A stretch of DNA of 25,495 nucleotides, taken from positions 1,528,236-1,553,730 of the forward strand of contig CP070733.1 in the NCBI GenBank assembly GCA_020347585.1, in the 5' to 3' direction. This document shows, piece after piece, positions 1 through 9,744 of this stretch. A program made the translations under genes and the position numbers. The notes below the pieces were generated by a model. It ran no database searches and was not told the DNA's origin. It worked only from the letters and a program-made list of their open reading frames with translations. Within the stretch, counting starts at the first letter, position 1; each line of letters starts with the position of its first letter. This DNA is from Pseudomonadota bacterium (GTDB lineage Bacteria > Pseudomonadota > Gammaproteobacteria > CAMYNG01).

Positions 1-194
1 AGGTTCCGCATCCGTGGTGCAGTCGGTTACTGCCTCGCTCAATGGCATTGGCTACTCGGTATCCGGTACCTATGGCTACTTCAAGAAGAAGGCGTTGTGC
101 AAGGGTGACTACAAGTCAACCGTTAACGAGCAGCCAGGTTCCGCATCCGTGGTGCAGTCGGTTACTGCCTCGCTCAATGGCATTGGCTACTCGG
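1..194 (+). repeat. Exact 59-bp direct repeat (1-59 = 136-194), period 135 bp (45 codons), within pstS
   Basis: AGGTTCCGCATCC...GGCTACTCGG occurs at 1-59 and 136-194. The peptide [15 protein letters not shown] appears twice in the same frame. Confidence 0.97.
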
Positions 195-478
195 GCATCG
201 GCTACAAGACCTCCGGCGTGAAGGGGGTACCGCTGACCAAGAAGCCGAATGGCAAGTTCGTTGAGGCGACGCCTGACAATGCGGTTAAAGGTAGCTATCC
301 CCTGTCGCGGTTCCTGTACGTCTACGTCAACAAGCACCCCAACAAGCCGCTTGCTCCTAAGGAGCGCGAGTTTCTGAAGATGGTGCTGTCACAGCAGGGT
401 CAGCAAGTCGTGGTCAAGGACGGCTACATCCCGCTGCCGGCGTCGGTCTCGGCCGAGGAAATGGCCAAGTTGAAGTAG
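1..478 (+). CDS. pstS: Phosphate ABC transporter substrate-binding protein, C-terminal part (5' end outside window; carries an in-frame duplicated segment)
   Basis: Frame open from base 2 to TAG at 476-478. Contains [27 protein letters not shown] and [20 protein letters not shown] typical of PstS. Lies directly upstream of pstCAB-phoU. Confidence 0.92.
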   Translation, partial: GSASVVQSVTASLNGIGYSVSGTYGYFKKKALCKGDYKSTVNEQPGSASVVQSVTASLNGIGYSGIGYKTSGVKGVPLTKKPNGKFVEATPDNAVKGSYPLSRFLYVYVNKHPNKPLAPKEREFLKMVLSQQGQQVVVKDGYIPLPASVSAEEMAKLK

Positions 479-529
479 CCTGATTCGGCTCGGCAATACA
501 GTACGGTACCAAGTAGTATCGTGCCCAAG

Positions 530-557
530 GCCCCGCGATGGCGGGGCATTTTCTTTT
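530..557 (+). terminator. Intrinsic terminator after pstS
   Basis: GCCCCGC-gatg-GCGGGGC stem followed by ATTTTCTTTT. Confidence 0.75.
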
Positions 558-638
558 CCCGAATGTCCTGTCCAGGCGGGCCGTAGAGGGCTCCGATGTT
601 TACTGAATTGAGTCAGCGCTGCAATAGGCTCAAGGGCA

Positions 639-651
639 TAACATGTTGATT
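639..651 (-). promoter_or_regulatory. IHF-consensus site
   Basis: Minus strand AATCAACATGTTA matches WATCAANNNNTTR exactly, next to a T-tract and 16 bp upstream of the Pho box. Confidence 0.5.
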
Positions 652-667
652 TTTTTGCAATGAATTT

Positions 668-701
668 CTGTAACAGAACTGTCATGTAGCCTGCTTATCA
701 T
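668..701 (+). promoter_or_regulatory. Pho box (PhoB site) plus -10 element upstream of pstC
   Basis: CTGTAAC-agaa-CTGTCAT (668-685, 11-bp period), then exactly 10 bp, then TATCAT (696-701). This is the canonical PhoB promoter geometry. Confidence 0.8.
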
Positions 702-708
702 GCGTCGG

Positions 709-2988
709 ATGAGTCAACCTGCCGCTGACGAACGCCAGGGCCTGATGGTCGAGTACGCATCACGTATCACGCGTCGCAGGCGGGTACGCATGGCGAGCGA
801 CACGCTGGCGCGTCATGGCATTGCCGTGGGCGGACTCAGCGTCATCATCGCCATTGTTCTGATCTTTTTCTATTTGTTGTACGTTGTGGTTCCTCTGTTC
901 AGGCCCGCCGAACTCGAGCCTGTGGCGAGTTACGACCTGCCTGCCGCACAGGCCGGGGCCACGCTGCACCTGGCGATGGAAGAACAGAACGAAGTAGGCG
1001 CACGGTTTACCGACGCTGGACATGTCATCTTCTTCGATACCCACGACGGCCAGGTCATCGATGAGGTTCGCATGGCGCTACCGCTGGATACTCGCGTCAC
1101 CAGTATCGCTTCCGCAGCGCCGCACCAGGCGACCGTTGCGCTAGGCCTGTCCAACGGCCATGCCATCGTAGTAAAGCATGTCTACCGGGTGACATTCCCG
1201 GGGGACCGGCGCCTGATCACGCCAGGCCTCGAATACCCCATGGGCGGTGCGCCCGTTCCCGTGGATCCCGAGGGAAAATCGTTGTCAGCGCTGGCCTTGC
1301 AGGTTGGCGAGGAGGCCACCACGTTGGTCGGGCTGACCGCGGATCGGCGTATGGTGCTGAGCGCCTATCAGCGCGAAGAATCGTTTCTGGATGACTCCGT
1401 TTCGTTCACCCGCGCAACCTCGCAGGTGCCATTCGAGGGCGCCGTTGCGACACATCTGGCACTGGATGACGATCAGCGCACGCTATATGTGGGTGCCGAT
1501 GACGGCCATGTGAGTTACTTCGATGTTTCCGAACCCGGCGCTCCCGCCTTGGCACAGCGTTTCGACGTGGCCGGTGACAGCCGGATAAGCGCGCTGCGGC
1601 TGTTGGCCGGCGGTATTTCGCTGGTGATTGGTACTGAAGACGGCGGGCTGTCGCAGTGGTTCCCGGTACGGGGTGAGTCCGGCGAGCAGGTCGTTAAGCG
1701 CATACGCGAGTTTGATTCATTACCGGGCGAGGTGCGTCGCATCGCACCCGAGCAGATTCGCAAGGCCTTTTTGGCAGCCGACGCGTCAGGAAACCTCAGT
1801 ATTTATCATGCTACGGCACATCGCACGGTACTGGCGACACGCCTTGCCGATACCGCGCTTGCCGGTCTGACGGTCTCGCCCCGTGCCAATGCAATGCTGA
1901 CGGAAGATGCCGCAGGCAAGCTGCATTTCACGCGGATCCACAATGAACATCCCGAGGTGTCCTGGTCCTCGCTGTGGGGCAAGGTCTGGTATGAGAGTTA
2001 CGAGGAACCTGAATACATCTGGCAGTCCTCGTCTGCCTCCAACATCTTCGAGCCCAAGTTCAGCCTGATCCCCATTTCCTTCGGCACCCTGAAGGCTGCG
2101 TTCTACGCCATGGTAATCGCCGTGCCCCTGGCAATACTGGGTGCGATGTTTACCGCGCATTTCATGTCGCCGCACATGCGCAGTGTTGTAAAGCCAAGCA
2201 TCGAGATCATGGAGGCGCTGCCCACCGTCATACTCGGTTTTCTCGCAGGGCTGTGGCTGGCGCCGGTGCTGGAAAGCAACCTGCCAGGCATCTTTGCGAT
2301 GCTGCTCCTGCTGCCGCCCGGCGTGCTGTTGGCTGCCTGGGTTTGGCAGCGCTTGCCGCCGGCGATCCGGCTCGCGGTGCCCGAGGGTTGGGAGGGTGCA
2401 TTGCTTATCCCGGCGGTGCTGCTGATTGGTTATCTTTCAATGGCCGCAAGCCCGACGCTGGAGCTCTGGTTCTTCGGTGGCGACATGCGGGTGTGGCTGT
2501 CCACCGAGCTGGGCGTGGACTTCGACCAACGCAATTCCATTGTGGTCGGACTGGCGATGGGGTTTGCGGTGATACCCACCATTTTTTCCATCACCGAGGA
2601 TGCCATCTTCGCCGTGCCCAAGCACCTGGTAAACGGTTCGCTGGCGCTTGGCGCAACGCCCTGGCAAACCATGATTCGCGTGGTGCTCCTCACCGCCAGT
2701 CCCGGTATATTCTCCGCGGTAATGATTGGTCTGGGCCGTGCCGTCGGTGAAACCATGATCGTGCTGATGGCAACGGGCAACACGCCGGTGATGGACTTCA
2801 GCATTTTTCAGGGCATGCGCACCCTTTCGGCGAACATTGCAGTTGAAATGCCTGAATCCGAGGTGGACAGCACCCATTACCGCGTGCTGTTTCTTGCTGG
2901 ACTAGTGTTGTTTGCTTTTACCTTCGCGGTAAATACGGTTGCCGAACTGGTTCGCCAGCGCCTGCGTCGGCGCTACAGCACGCTTTAG
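709..2988 (+). CDS. pstC: Phosphate ABC transporter permease PstC, long form with a large soluble beta-rich domain (start uncertain: 700/709/745)
   Basis: C-terminal permease core with PLIFGTLKA-like, ELMEALPTVILG-like, EDA..AVP..L..GSLALGAT.WQT and GRAVGETMIVLMATGN motifs. One N-terminal TM segment precedes a ~400-aa soluble domain. Confidence 0.93.
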   Translation: MSQPAADERQGLMVEYASRITRRRRVRMASDTLARHGIAVGGLSVIIAIVLIFFYLLYVVVPLFRPAELEPVASYDLPAAQAGATLHLAMEEQNEVGARFTDAGHVIFFDTHDGQVIDEVRMALPLDTRVTSIASAAPHQATVALGLSNGHAIVVKHVYRVTFPGDRRLITPGLEYPMGGAPVPVDPEGKSLSALALQVGEEATTLVGLTADRRMVLSAYQREESFLDDSVSFTRATSQVPFEGAVATHLALDDDQRTLYVGADDGHVSYFDVSEPGAPALAQRFDVAGDSRISALRLLAGGISLVIGTEDGGLSQWFPVRGESGEQVVKRIREFDSLPGEVRRIAPEQIRKAFLAADASGNLSIYHATAHRTVLATRLADTALAGLTVSPRANAMLTEDAAGKLHFTRIHNEHPEVSWSSLWGKVWYESYEEPEYIWQSSSASNIFEPKFSLIPISFGTLKAAFYAMVIAVPLAILGAMFTAHFMSPHMRSVVKPSIEIMEALPTVILGFLAGLWLAPVLESNLPGIFAMLLLLPPGVLLAAWVWQRLPPAIRLAVPEGWEGALLIPAVLLIGYLSMAASPTLELWFFGGDMRVWLSTELGVDFDQRNSIVVGLAMGFAVIPTIFSITEDAIFAVPKHLVNGSLALGATPWQTMIRVVLLTASPGIFSAVMIGLGRAVGETMIVLMATGNTPVMDFSIFQGMRTLSANIAVEMPESEVDSTHYRVLFLAGLVLFAFTFAVNTVAELVRQRLRRRYSTL

Positions 2989-3033
2989 TCGGGCAGTGCG
3001 GGGCAGCGGACAGGTCTTGTTTGACGGTATCAG

Positions 3034-4695
3034 ATGATGACGATACGTGACTGGTTCAAAAGTGGTTCACCGTGGATCTGGCTAACCGCCAGCGCCGTTA
3101 GCGCCAGCCTAATCATGGTGTTCGGCATACTTGGGTTGGTCGCCGTGCGGGGCATGGTGTTTTTCTGGCCATCCGATATCCAGGAAATTGCCTATCAGGA
3201 GCAGGATGGCAGCCAGGTGCGCCTGATTGGCGAAATCTGGGAGACCGAGCGCGTGTCGGCGGTGATCTTGCGCGAGGGCGGTAATGAACTACCGGATGGC
3301 AACGACTTCGTGGAACGCCACCTGCTTAAGACGGGTAACCGGGATCTTTACGGTTCGGATTTCCGTCTCATTCTTGAACCCTATGTGCGCGAGCGCAACA
3401 CCCCCGAGTCGCTGATGGCGGTGGAACGGCGTGAGTGGGGCAACTTGTATGGTTACCTGCTGGCGGTAAAGGAGAACGGTCGGGTGGTGGCCTCCGGTGA
3501 GAACGCATTCGCTGAGCTGGAGAAGCGCCTCGAGCGTGTGCTGGATCTACACGACCAGAGTAAGCGCATTGAGAAAAAGGAAATTGGCGAGATCAACTAC
3601 GGTCTCGAGCGGCTACGGCTGCGCGAGCGCCGCCTGGAACTCGACGGCAAGCTTACGCCCGAGCGGTCGAAGGCCCTTGCGCGCGATCGCGCCACGCTGG
3701 GAGCGGACTACGCGGCGCTTCAGACTCGCCTGAGCGATCTTTACCAGCAGTCGGGTCGCGACAGTTTTACTGCGACTGTGCAGGATGGACGCGAGGTCGA
3801 GGTGCCCCTGTCCAAGGTGGTCCGTGTGACCTTGCCAAATGCCATGTCGGTGTTTGGCAAATCACTACGATATATGGCCGCGGTCTGGGAGTTTGTCTCC
3901 GATGAGCCGCGCGAGGCTAATACCGAAGGCGGCGTGTTTCCGGCCATCTTTGGCACCGTCCTGATGGTAATGATTATGGCCGTACTGGTGACGCCGCTTG
4001 GCGTGGTTGCAGCGGTATACCTGCGCGAGTATGCCCGGCAGGGACCGGTTACGCGCACCATCCGCATCGCGGTCAACAATCTCGCCGGAGTGCCATCTAT
4101 CGTGTATGGTGTATTTGGGTTGGGATTTTTTGTGTATTTTCTGGGCGGCTCGATCGATCAACTGTTTTATCCAGAGGCCCTGCCGGCGCCGACCTTCGGC
4201 TCACCCGGGATTATGTGGTCGTCACTGACGCTGGCGTTGCTGACGTTACCGGTGGTGATTGTGGCGACCGAGGAGGGCCTGTCACGCATACCACGCTCGG
4301 TGCGCGAAGGCAGCCTGGCGTTGGGGGCGACCAAGTTCGAAACTCTGTGGCGCACGGAATTGCCGATGTCGAGCCCGGCGATTATGACGGGACTCATCCT
4401 GGCAGTGGCGCGCGCCGCCGGCGAGGTGGCGCCGCTGATGCTGGTCGGCGTGGTTAAACTTGCCCCCTCCATGCCGCTGGACCTCAACTATCCGTTCCTG
4501 CACCTGGAGCGCAAGTTCATGCATCTCGGGTTTCATATCTATGACGTTGGGTTCCAGAGCCCCAATGTCGAGGCGGCGCGCCCGCTGGTCTATGCGACGG
4601 CGCTGCTGCTGGTGGTAGTGATTGTGGCCCTGAACCTCGTCGCGATCGCCATTCGCAACAACTTGCGCGAAAGATACCGCGCACTGGAAAACTAG
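3034..4695 (+). CDS. pstA: Phosphate ABC transporter permease PstA, long form
   Basis: EPREANTEGGVFPAIFGT, NLAGVPSIVYGVFG, REGSLALGATK and ARAAGEVAPL motifs. Operon position between pstC and pstB. Confidence 0.95.
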   Translation: MMTIRDWFKSGSPWIWLTASAVSASLIMVFGILGLVAVRGMVFFWPSDIQEIAYQEQDGSQVRLIGEIWETERVSAVILREGGNELPDGNDFVERHLLKTGNRDLYGSDFRLILEPYVRERNTPESLMAVERREWGNLYGYLLAVKENGRVVASGENAFAELEKRLERVLDLHDQSKRIEKKEIGEINYGLERLRLRERRLELDGKLTPERSKALARDRATLGADYAALQTRLSDLYQQSGRDSFTATVQDGREVEVPLSKVVRVTLPNAMSVFGKSLRYMAAVWEFVSDEPREANTEGGVFPAIFGTVLMVMIMAVLVTPLGVVAAVYLREYARQGPVTRTIRIAVNNLAGVPSIVYGVFGLGFFVYFLGGSIDQLFYPEALPAPTFGSPGIMWSSLTLALLTLPVVIVATEEGLSRIPRSVREGSLALGATKFETLWRTELPMSSPAIMTGLILAVARAAGEVAPLMLVGVVKLAPSMPLDLNYPFLHLERKFMHLGFHIYDVGFQSPNVEAARPLVYATALLLVVVIVALNLVAIAIRNNLRERYRALEN

Positions 4696-4701
4696 GCAGC
4701 C

Positions 4702-5580
4702 ATGAGCGTGGAATCCGGACTAATTTCCGAGCAACAGCAAACGACCATGAAAGAGAAAACATTGACACATGGTATTAATCTGGCCGAGATAGACCGAGCC
4801 GATACGATTACGGCATTGCGAGACGTCGAAAAGGCGATTCATGTCGAAGATCTCGACCTCTATTACGGGGAGGCGCAGGCGCTGCATGGTATCAGCATGC
4901 CGATTGCGCGAAACCACGTCACGGCTTATATCGGCCCGAGCGGCTGCGGCAAGTCCACGTTGTTGCGTTGTCTCAACCGCATGAACGATCTGGTTGATGG
5001 TTGCCGCGTCGAGGGCCGTATTACCCTGGACGGCAATGATATCTACGACAAGAAAGTGAACGTTGCCGAGTTGCGGCGCCGGGTCGGCATGGTGTTCCAG
5101 AAGCCCAATCCGTTCCCCAAGAGCGTGTACGAAAACGTCGCATATGGGCTGCGTATTCAGGGCATCAAGGACAAACGCAAGCTCGATGATGCGGTTGAAG
5201 CTGCTCTGAAGGGGGCCGCGTTGTGGGATGAAATGAAGGACCGGCTCAATGACAACGCGCTTGGGCTGTCAGGTGGCCAGCAACAGCGACTGGTTATCGC
5301 GCGCGCCATCGCCATCGAACCGGAGGTGTTACTGCTCGACGAACCGGCCTCGGCGCTAGATCCGATCTCGACACTGAAGATCGAAGAGTTGATCTACGAA
5401 CTCAAGAAGGACTACACAATAGTGATCGTGACCCACAACATGCAGCAGGCAGCGCGTGTGTCGGACTATACGGCGTTCATGTACCTCGGCAAGCTGGTAG
5501 AATACAGTGATACCAACACCCTGTTTACCAACCCGGCGCAAAAGCAGACCGAGGATTACATCACCGGACGATACGGATAG
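4702..5580 (+). CDS. pstB: Phosphate ABC transporter ATP-binding protein (start may be 4747)
   Basis: Walker [50 protein letters not shown] and [10 protein letters not shown]. Confidence 0.97.
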   Translation: MSVESGLISEQQQTTMKEKTLTHGINLAEIDRADTITALRDVEKAIHVEDLDLYYGEAQALHGISMPIARNHVTAYIGPSGCGKSTLLRCLNRMNDLVDGCRVEGRITLDGNDIYDKKVNVAELRRRVGMVFQKPNPFPKSVYENVAYGLRIQGIKDKRKLDDAVEAALKGAALWDEMKDRLNDNALGLSGGQQQRLVIARAIAIEPEVLLLDEPASALDPISTLKIEELIYELKKDYTIVIVTHNMQQAARVSDYTAFMYLGKLVEYSDTNTLFTNPAQKQTEDYITGRYG

Positions 5581-5624
5581 AAACACAGTGACGAGGGTCG
5601 ACGGAAGAGGAACGTGGGCGGCTT

Positions 5625-5681
5625 CCGAACTACCGGTCACAATAGTTCGGGCGACGTTGCGCTGCAACGACAGCTTTTTTT
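5625..5681 (+). other. Two tandem hairpins between pstB and phoU, the second followed by T7 (terminator-like)
   Basis: CCGAACTA-N10-TAGTTCGG (5625-5650), CGTTGC-gct-GCAACG (5655-5669), then T7 at 5675-5681. Confidence 0.45.
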
Positions 5682-5692
5682 GAGGCTTTGAC

Positions 5693-6433
5693 ATGGACAA
5701 GATCGAGATCGGACAGCACATATCCCGTCAGTTCAATGAGGAACTCGAGGATATTCGCAACCGTGTTCTGGAGATGGGAGGCATCGTTGAGCAGCAGCTC
5801 AGCGATGCGCTACAGGCGCTGGCCGACTCGGACAGTGCGCTGGCGGAGGTGGTGATCACCAACGATTACAAGGTCAACGCGTTGGAAGTTGCTATCGACG
5901 AGGAATGTACGCATGTACTAGCGCGGCGTCAGCCGGCGGCCAGCGATCTGCGCCTGGTTGTGGCCGTGATCAAGACTATCACGGACCTGGAGCGCATTGG
6001 CGATGAGGCCGAGCGCATCGGGCGCATGGCCATGCACTTTGCCGATGCCAAGGGCGACCGCAAGCTGCTTATGGGTATTCTCCATCTCGGAGAGTTGGTG
6101 AGCAAGATGCTGCACGACGCACTCGACGCGTTTGCGCGCATGGATACAGAGGCGGCGGTGTGTGTTGCGCGCGAGGATCTCAAGGCGGACCAGAGCTACG
6201 AGAGTATTCTGCGCGAACTGATTACCTACATGATGGAAGACCCAAGGTCGATTCCGCGGGTGGTTGACGTGATGTGGTCCGCGCGAGCGCTCGAGCGTAT
6301 CGGTGACCGGGCGCGTAACATCTGCGAATATGTGATCTACCTGGTGAACGGGCGCGATGTCCGCCATACCAGCCTGGAACAGGTAGAAAAGCAAGCGCGC
6401 GCCGCCAACCGGATCAAACACAAGGACGAGTAG
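5693..6433 (+). CDS. phoU: Phosphate signalling/transport regulator PhoU
   Basis: HIS.QFNEELE, RQPAASDLR, DLERIGD, MMEDPRSI and LERIGD.ARNICEYVIY motifs. GAGG SD upstream. Confidence 0.96.
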   Translation: MDKIEIGQHISRQFNEELEDIRNRVLEMGGIVEQQLSDALQALADSDSALAEVVITNDYKVNALEVAIDEECTHVLARRQPAASDLRLVVAVIKTITDLERIGDEAERIGRMAMHFADAKGDRKLLMGILHLGELVSKMLHDALDAFARMDTEAAVCVAREDLKADQSYESILRELITYMMEDPRSIPRVVDVMWSARALERIGDRARNICEYVIYLVNGRDVRHTSLEQVEKQARAANRIKHKDE

Positions 6434-6459
6434 GACTGCGCCGCATTGCGGAACGCGGA

Positions 6460-7509
6460 TCAGGCATGGTCCGCGAAGGCCACCATATGATCGGGCGCGA
6501 GGCGTACATTGACCCGCTCACCGATGTTATGGTCCTGGTGGCTGGGAAACAGTGACAGCACATTGGTGCCCGTTGACAACCGCAGGGTGTAAAGGATCTC
6601 TGCGCCCTTAAACGCCTTCTGCATCACCTCGGCACGCAGTTCACCGTTCTGGTCCGGTACAAAGTCATCCGGCCGCAGCAGGAGCTTGACGCGCGTGCCG
6701 CGTTGCCATTCGTAGGCGCGATCGCCGCGCACGATACCGATCTCGGTTTCCACCGTATCGGGCGCCAGCAGGGTGCCGGACAGAAAAACGCCCTGGCCGA
6801 TGAAGTCCGCCACGAATAAGTCGGTGGGTTCGTGGTAGAGGTTGTAGGCCGTATCCCACTGTAACAGCCGGCCGCGGTCCATGACGCCAATATGGTTGGC
6901 GACCGCAAAGGCCTCGTGCTGGTCGTGCGTCACCAGCACACCGGTCGTGCCACATTGCTTTAGGATGCGACGCACTTCCTGGCTGAGGTGTTCGCGCATC
7001 TCGATATCTAGATTGGAGAACGGCTCATCGAGCAAAACAAGTTCGGGTTGAGGTGCCAGCGCGCGCGCCAATGCGACGCGCTGTTGTTGTCCGCCTGACA
7101 ACTCGTGGGGATAGCGTCGGGCAAGCTCGCCAAGCCCGACCGTGCCTAGCATGTGCTCCGCCACTGATTGTTTTTCCTGGTTAGACATGCCGCGCAGCCC
7201 GAAGCTGACGTTTTCCGCGACGTTGAGGTGGGGAAACAGTGCGTAATCCTGGAATACCATGCCGATGCGGCGTTTTTCCGGCGCCATGGTGTAGCCGACG
7301 CTCGAGACCCGCTTGCCGCGCATGGCGATCTCGCCGCGATGCAGTGGTTCAAAACCGGCGATGGCGCGCAGCACCGTGGTTTTGCCGCAGCCGCTTGGCC
7401 CCAGCAGGCAAACCAGGTCGCCTTCGTTGACGTGCATCGACAGCTCGCGTACCACCGGGTGGTCACGGTAACGACACTCGATCGATTTGAGTTGCAGAAG
7501 CGGGTCCAT
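6460..7509 (-). CDS. ABC transporter ATP-binding protein, FbpC/PotA-like with a C-terminal TOBE-like domain
   Basis: [47 protein letters not shown] and VTHDQHEAF. No permease or binding-protein gene is adjacent. Confidence 0.9.
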   Translation of the reverse strand: MDPLLQLKSIECRYRDHPVVRELSMHVNEGDLVCLLGPSGCGKTTVLRAIAGFEPLHRGEIAMRGKRVSSVGYTMAPEKRRIGMVFQDYALFPHLNVAENVSFGLRGMSNQEKQSVAEHMLGTVGLGELARRYPHELSGGQQQRVALARALAPQPELVLLDEPFSNLDIEMREHLSQEVRRILKQCGTTGVLVTHDQHEAFAVANHIGVMDRGRLLQWDTAYNLYHEPTDLFVADFIGQGVFLSGTLLAPDTVETEIGIVRGDRAYEWQRGTRVKLLLRPDDFVPDQNGELRAEVMQKAFKGAEILYTLRLSTGTNVLSLFPSHQDHNIGERVNVRLAPDHMVAFADHA

Positions 7510-7611
7510 TACAACGATGCAGCCGAAAACCGGTCCATCATATCAGACAAACACAGCAAAACGCGGTGTATCGCACTGCCGCTGTTCGCAAACACATTGC
7601 AACCGGCGTTA

Positions 7612-8514
7612 TTAAGCTAGCAGTAGCTCCAGCAGCGCCTTTTGTGCGTGCAGCCGGTTTTCCGCTTCGTCCCACACCACGCTGTGCGGGCCATCGATCA
7701 CTGCTGCTTCGACCTCTTCGCCGCGATGGGCGGGCAGGCAGTGCATGAACAGCGCATCCTTGTCGGCTAGCGCCATCATGTCGCGAGTGACGCAAAAGTC
7801 GGCGAACTCCTTCTCGCGCTGTGCCTGTTCTTCCTCTTGCCCCATGCTGGCCCAGACATCTGTGACTACCAGGTGGGCGCCGCGTGCTGCTTCGCGCGGA
7901 TCGGAAAAATGCCGCACCGCGGCGCCGCCCGTGGTGCGCACAGCCTCATCCGGCTGGTAATGCGGTGGCGTGGCAATATGCAGCGTAAAACCGAACTGGC
8001 GTGCGGCGTTGATGTAGGAGTGGCACATGTTGTTGCCATCACCGATCCAGGCGACAGTCGCGCCAGCGATGTCACCGCGATGTTCGTAATAGGTCTGCAT
8101 GTCTGCCAGCAACTGGCAGGGATGGAACTTGTCCGTCAAGCCGTTGATAACTGGAACCTTTGAGTGCTGCGCGAAGCGCTCGAGCTTCTCGTGCTCGTAA
8201 GTACGGATCATGACGCCGTCGACCATGCGCGACAGCACGCGGGCGCTGTCTTCCAGCGGCTCACCGCGGCCGAGTTGGGTGTCGCGCGGCGAGAGGAACA
8301 ATGCCTGTCCGCCAAACTGGATCATGCCCGTCTCGAAAGACACGCGCGTGCGCGTCGAGGACTTTTCGAACACCATGGCGAGCACCCTGTTTTTCAGGGG
8401 CTCATGGATCTTGCCGGTGCGTTGCATTTCCTTCAGCTCAATAGCGCGTGCTACCAGCGCACGCAGCTGCGATGGCTCCAGATCCATGAGGGTAAGAAAA
8501 TGCGGGATCGCCAT
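7612..8514 (-). CDS. argF: Ornithine carbamoyltransferase
   Basis: [25 protein letters not shown] and [10 protein letters not shown] motifs. GAGGAG SD 6 nt before ATG 8514. Confidence 0.97.
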   Translation of the reverse strand: MAIPHFLTLMDLEPSQLRALVARAIELKEMQRTGKIHEPLKNRVLAMVFEKSSTRTRVSFETGMIQFGGQALFLSPRDTQLGRGEPLEDSARVLSRMVDGVMIRTYEHEKLERFAQHSKVPVINGLTDKFHPCQLLADMQTYYEHRGDIAGATVAWIGDGNNMCHSYINAARQFGFTLHIATPPHYQPDEAVRTTGGAAVRHFSDPREAARGAHLVVTDVWASMGQEEEQAQREKEFADFCVTRDMMALADKDALFMHCLPAHRGEEVEAAVIDGPHSVVWDEAENRLHAQKALLELLLA

Positions 8515-8538
8515 TGGCAACTCCTCGGCAACTACGGG

Positions 8539-9720
8539 TTATTCGGTAGACAGGAAGGAGGTGATCAGTTCGAAAACGCCGTCCACAATCGCGTCGGCTT
8601 CGTCGTCACTGAGGACCAGCGGTGGTAGCAGGCGCACTACGCGCTCGGCGGTCACGTTGATTAGCAGTCCTTTTTGGAGCGCCTGCTGCATTAATTCGCT
8701 GCAGGGCCGATCGAGTTCGATGGCCAGCATCAGGCCCAGGCCGCGGATTTCCACGACGCCCGCGGTTGCACCCAGGCGCGTTGTGAATCCGGCGAGCATG
8801 CGCTCGCCAAGTTGCGCCGCGCGCGCCGCAAGGTTTTCGCGCTCGAGGGTGTCAATTACGGCCTGCGCGGCGCGGCACGCAAGCGGGTTGCCACCAAAGG
8901 TGGAGCCATGCTTGCCGGGCTCAAAAACACCGGCGGCCTTGCCGCGCGCCAGACAGGCGCCTATGGGTACGCCGTTGCCCAGCGCCTTGGCGAGTGTCAT
9001 TACGTCGGGCGTTGCGTCGGTGGCGTGCTGGTACGCAAACCACTTGCCGGTGCGGCACATACCGGTTTGAATCTCGTCGAGTATCATCAGCCAGTCGTTC
9101 TGATCGCACAGCGCACGAATGCCTGACAGGTAAGCGGCGTCCGGGATGCGAATGCCGCCTTCGCCCTGCACCGGTTCGACCAACACAGCGACGATGCTGG
9201 GGTTGTTGGCTGCAACCTTTTCCAGCGCTTCGATATCGTTCCACGGCACCCGCACGAAACCCTGCACGAGCGGCTCAAAACCGGCTTGCACCTTGCGGTT
9301 GCCAGTGGCGGTCAGAGTCGCGATGGTGCGTCCGTGAAAGCTGCCCTCGGTGACGACTACCGTAGGGACCTCGATACCTTTGTTGTGGCCGTAGAGGCGG
9401 GCCAGTTTCAATGCAGCCTCGTTGGCCTCGGCGCCGGAGTTGCCGAAGAACACCTTATCCATGCCGGCAATGTGCGCGAGGCGCTCTCCGAGCGCACTCT
9501 GGATGTCGATGCCGTAGAGGTTCGAGGTGTGCACCAGCTCGCCTGCCTGGGCGCAGATGGCTTCGCTGACAGCGGGGTGCGCATGACCGAGACCGCACAC
9601 GGCGATGCCGCTCAGCGCGTCGAGGTACTTGTTGCCGGCACTGTCCCACAGCCAGGCGCCCGCACCACGTGCGAAGCTTACCGGCAGCCGCGAGTAGGTG
9701 GCCATCAAGGCATCCACCAT
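8539..9720 (-). CDS. argD: Acetylornithine aminotransferase (class III PLP enzyme)
   Basis: YLDALSGIAV..LGH, NSGAEANEAA, SFHGRT, DEIQTG..RTG, PDVMTLAKALGNG and HGSTFGGNPLA. Likely start MVDALMATY at 9720. Confidence 0.93.
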   Translation of the reverse strand: MVDALMATYSRLPVSFARGAGAWLWDSAGNKYLDALSGIAVCGLGHAHPAVSEAICAQAGELVHTSNLYGIDIQSALGERLAHIAGMDKVFFGNSGAEANEAALKLARLYGHNKGIEVPTVVVTEGSFHGRTIATLTATGNRKVQAGFEPLVQGFVRVPWNDIEALEKVAANNPSIVAVLVEPVQGEGGIRIPDAAYLSGIRALCDQNDWLMILDEIQTGMCRTGKWFAYQHATDATPDVMTLAKALGNGVPIGACLARGKAAGVFEPGKHGSTFGGNPLACRAAQAVIDTLERENLAARAAQLGERMLAGFTTRLGATAGVVEIRGLGLMLAIELDRPCSELMQQALQKGLLINVTAERVVRLLPPLVLSDDEADAIVDGVFELITSFLSTE

Positions 9721-9744
9721 TGCTTGTTGTTTCCTATTCCCATC

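Noticed and set aside
4351-4365. Odd residues at usually conserved positions (PstA RTELP, PstB LWDEMKD, FumC ELRRP) as evidence of a raised error rate
   Set aside because: These cannot be told apart from natural divergence without alignments and reads. They are noted only as a caution for the pstS and TraB findings.
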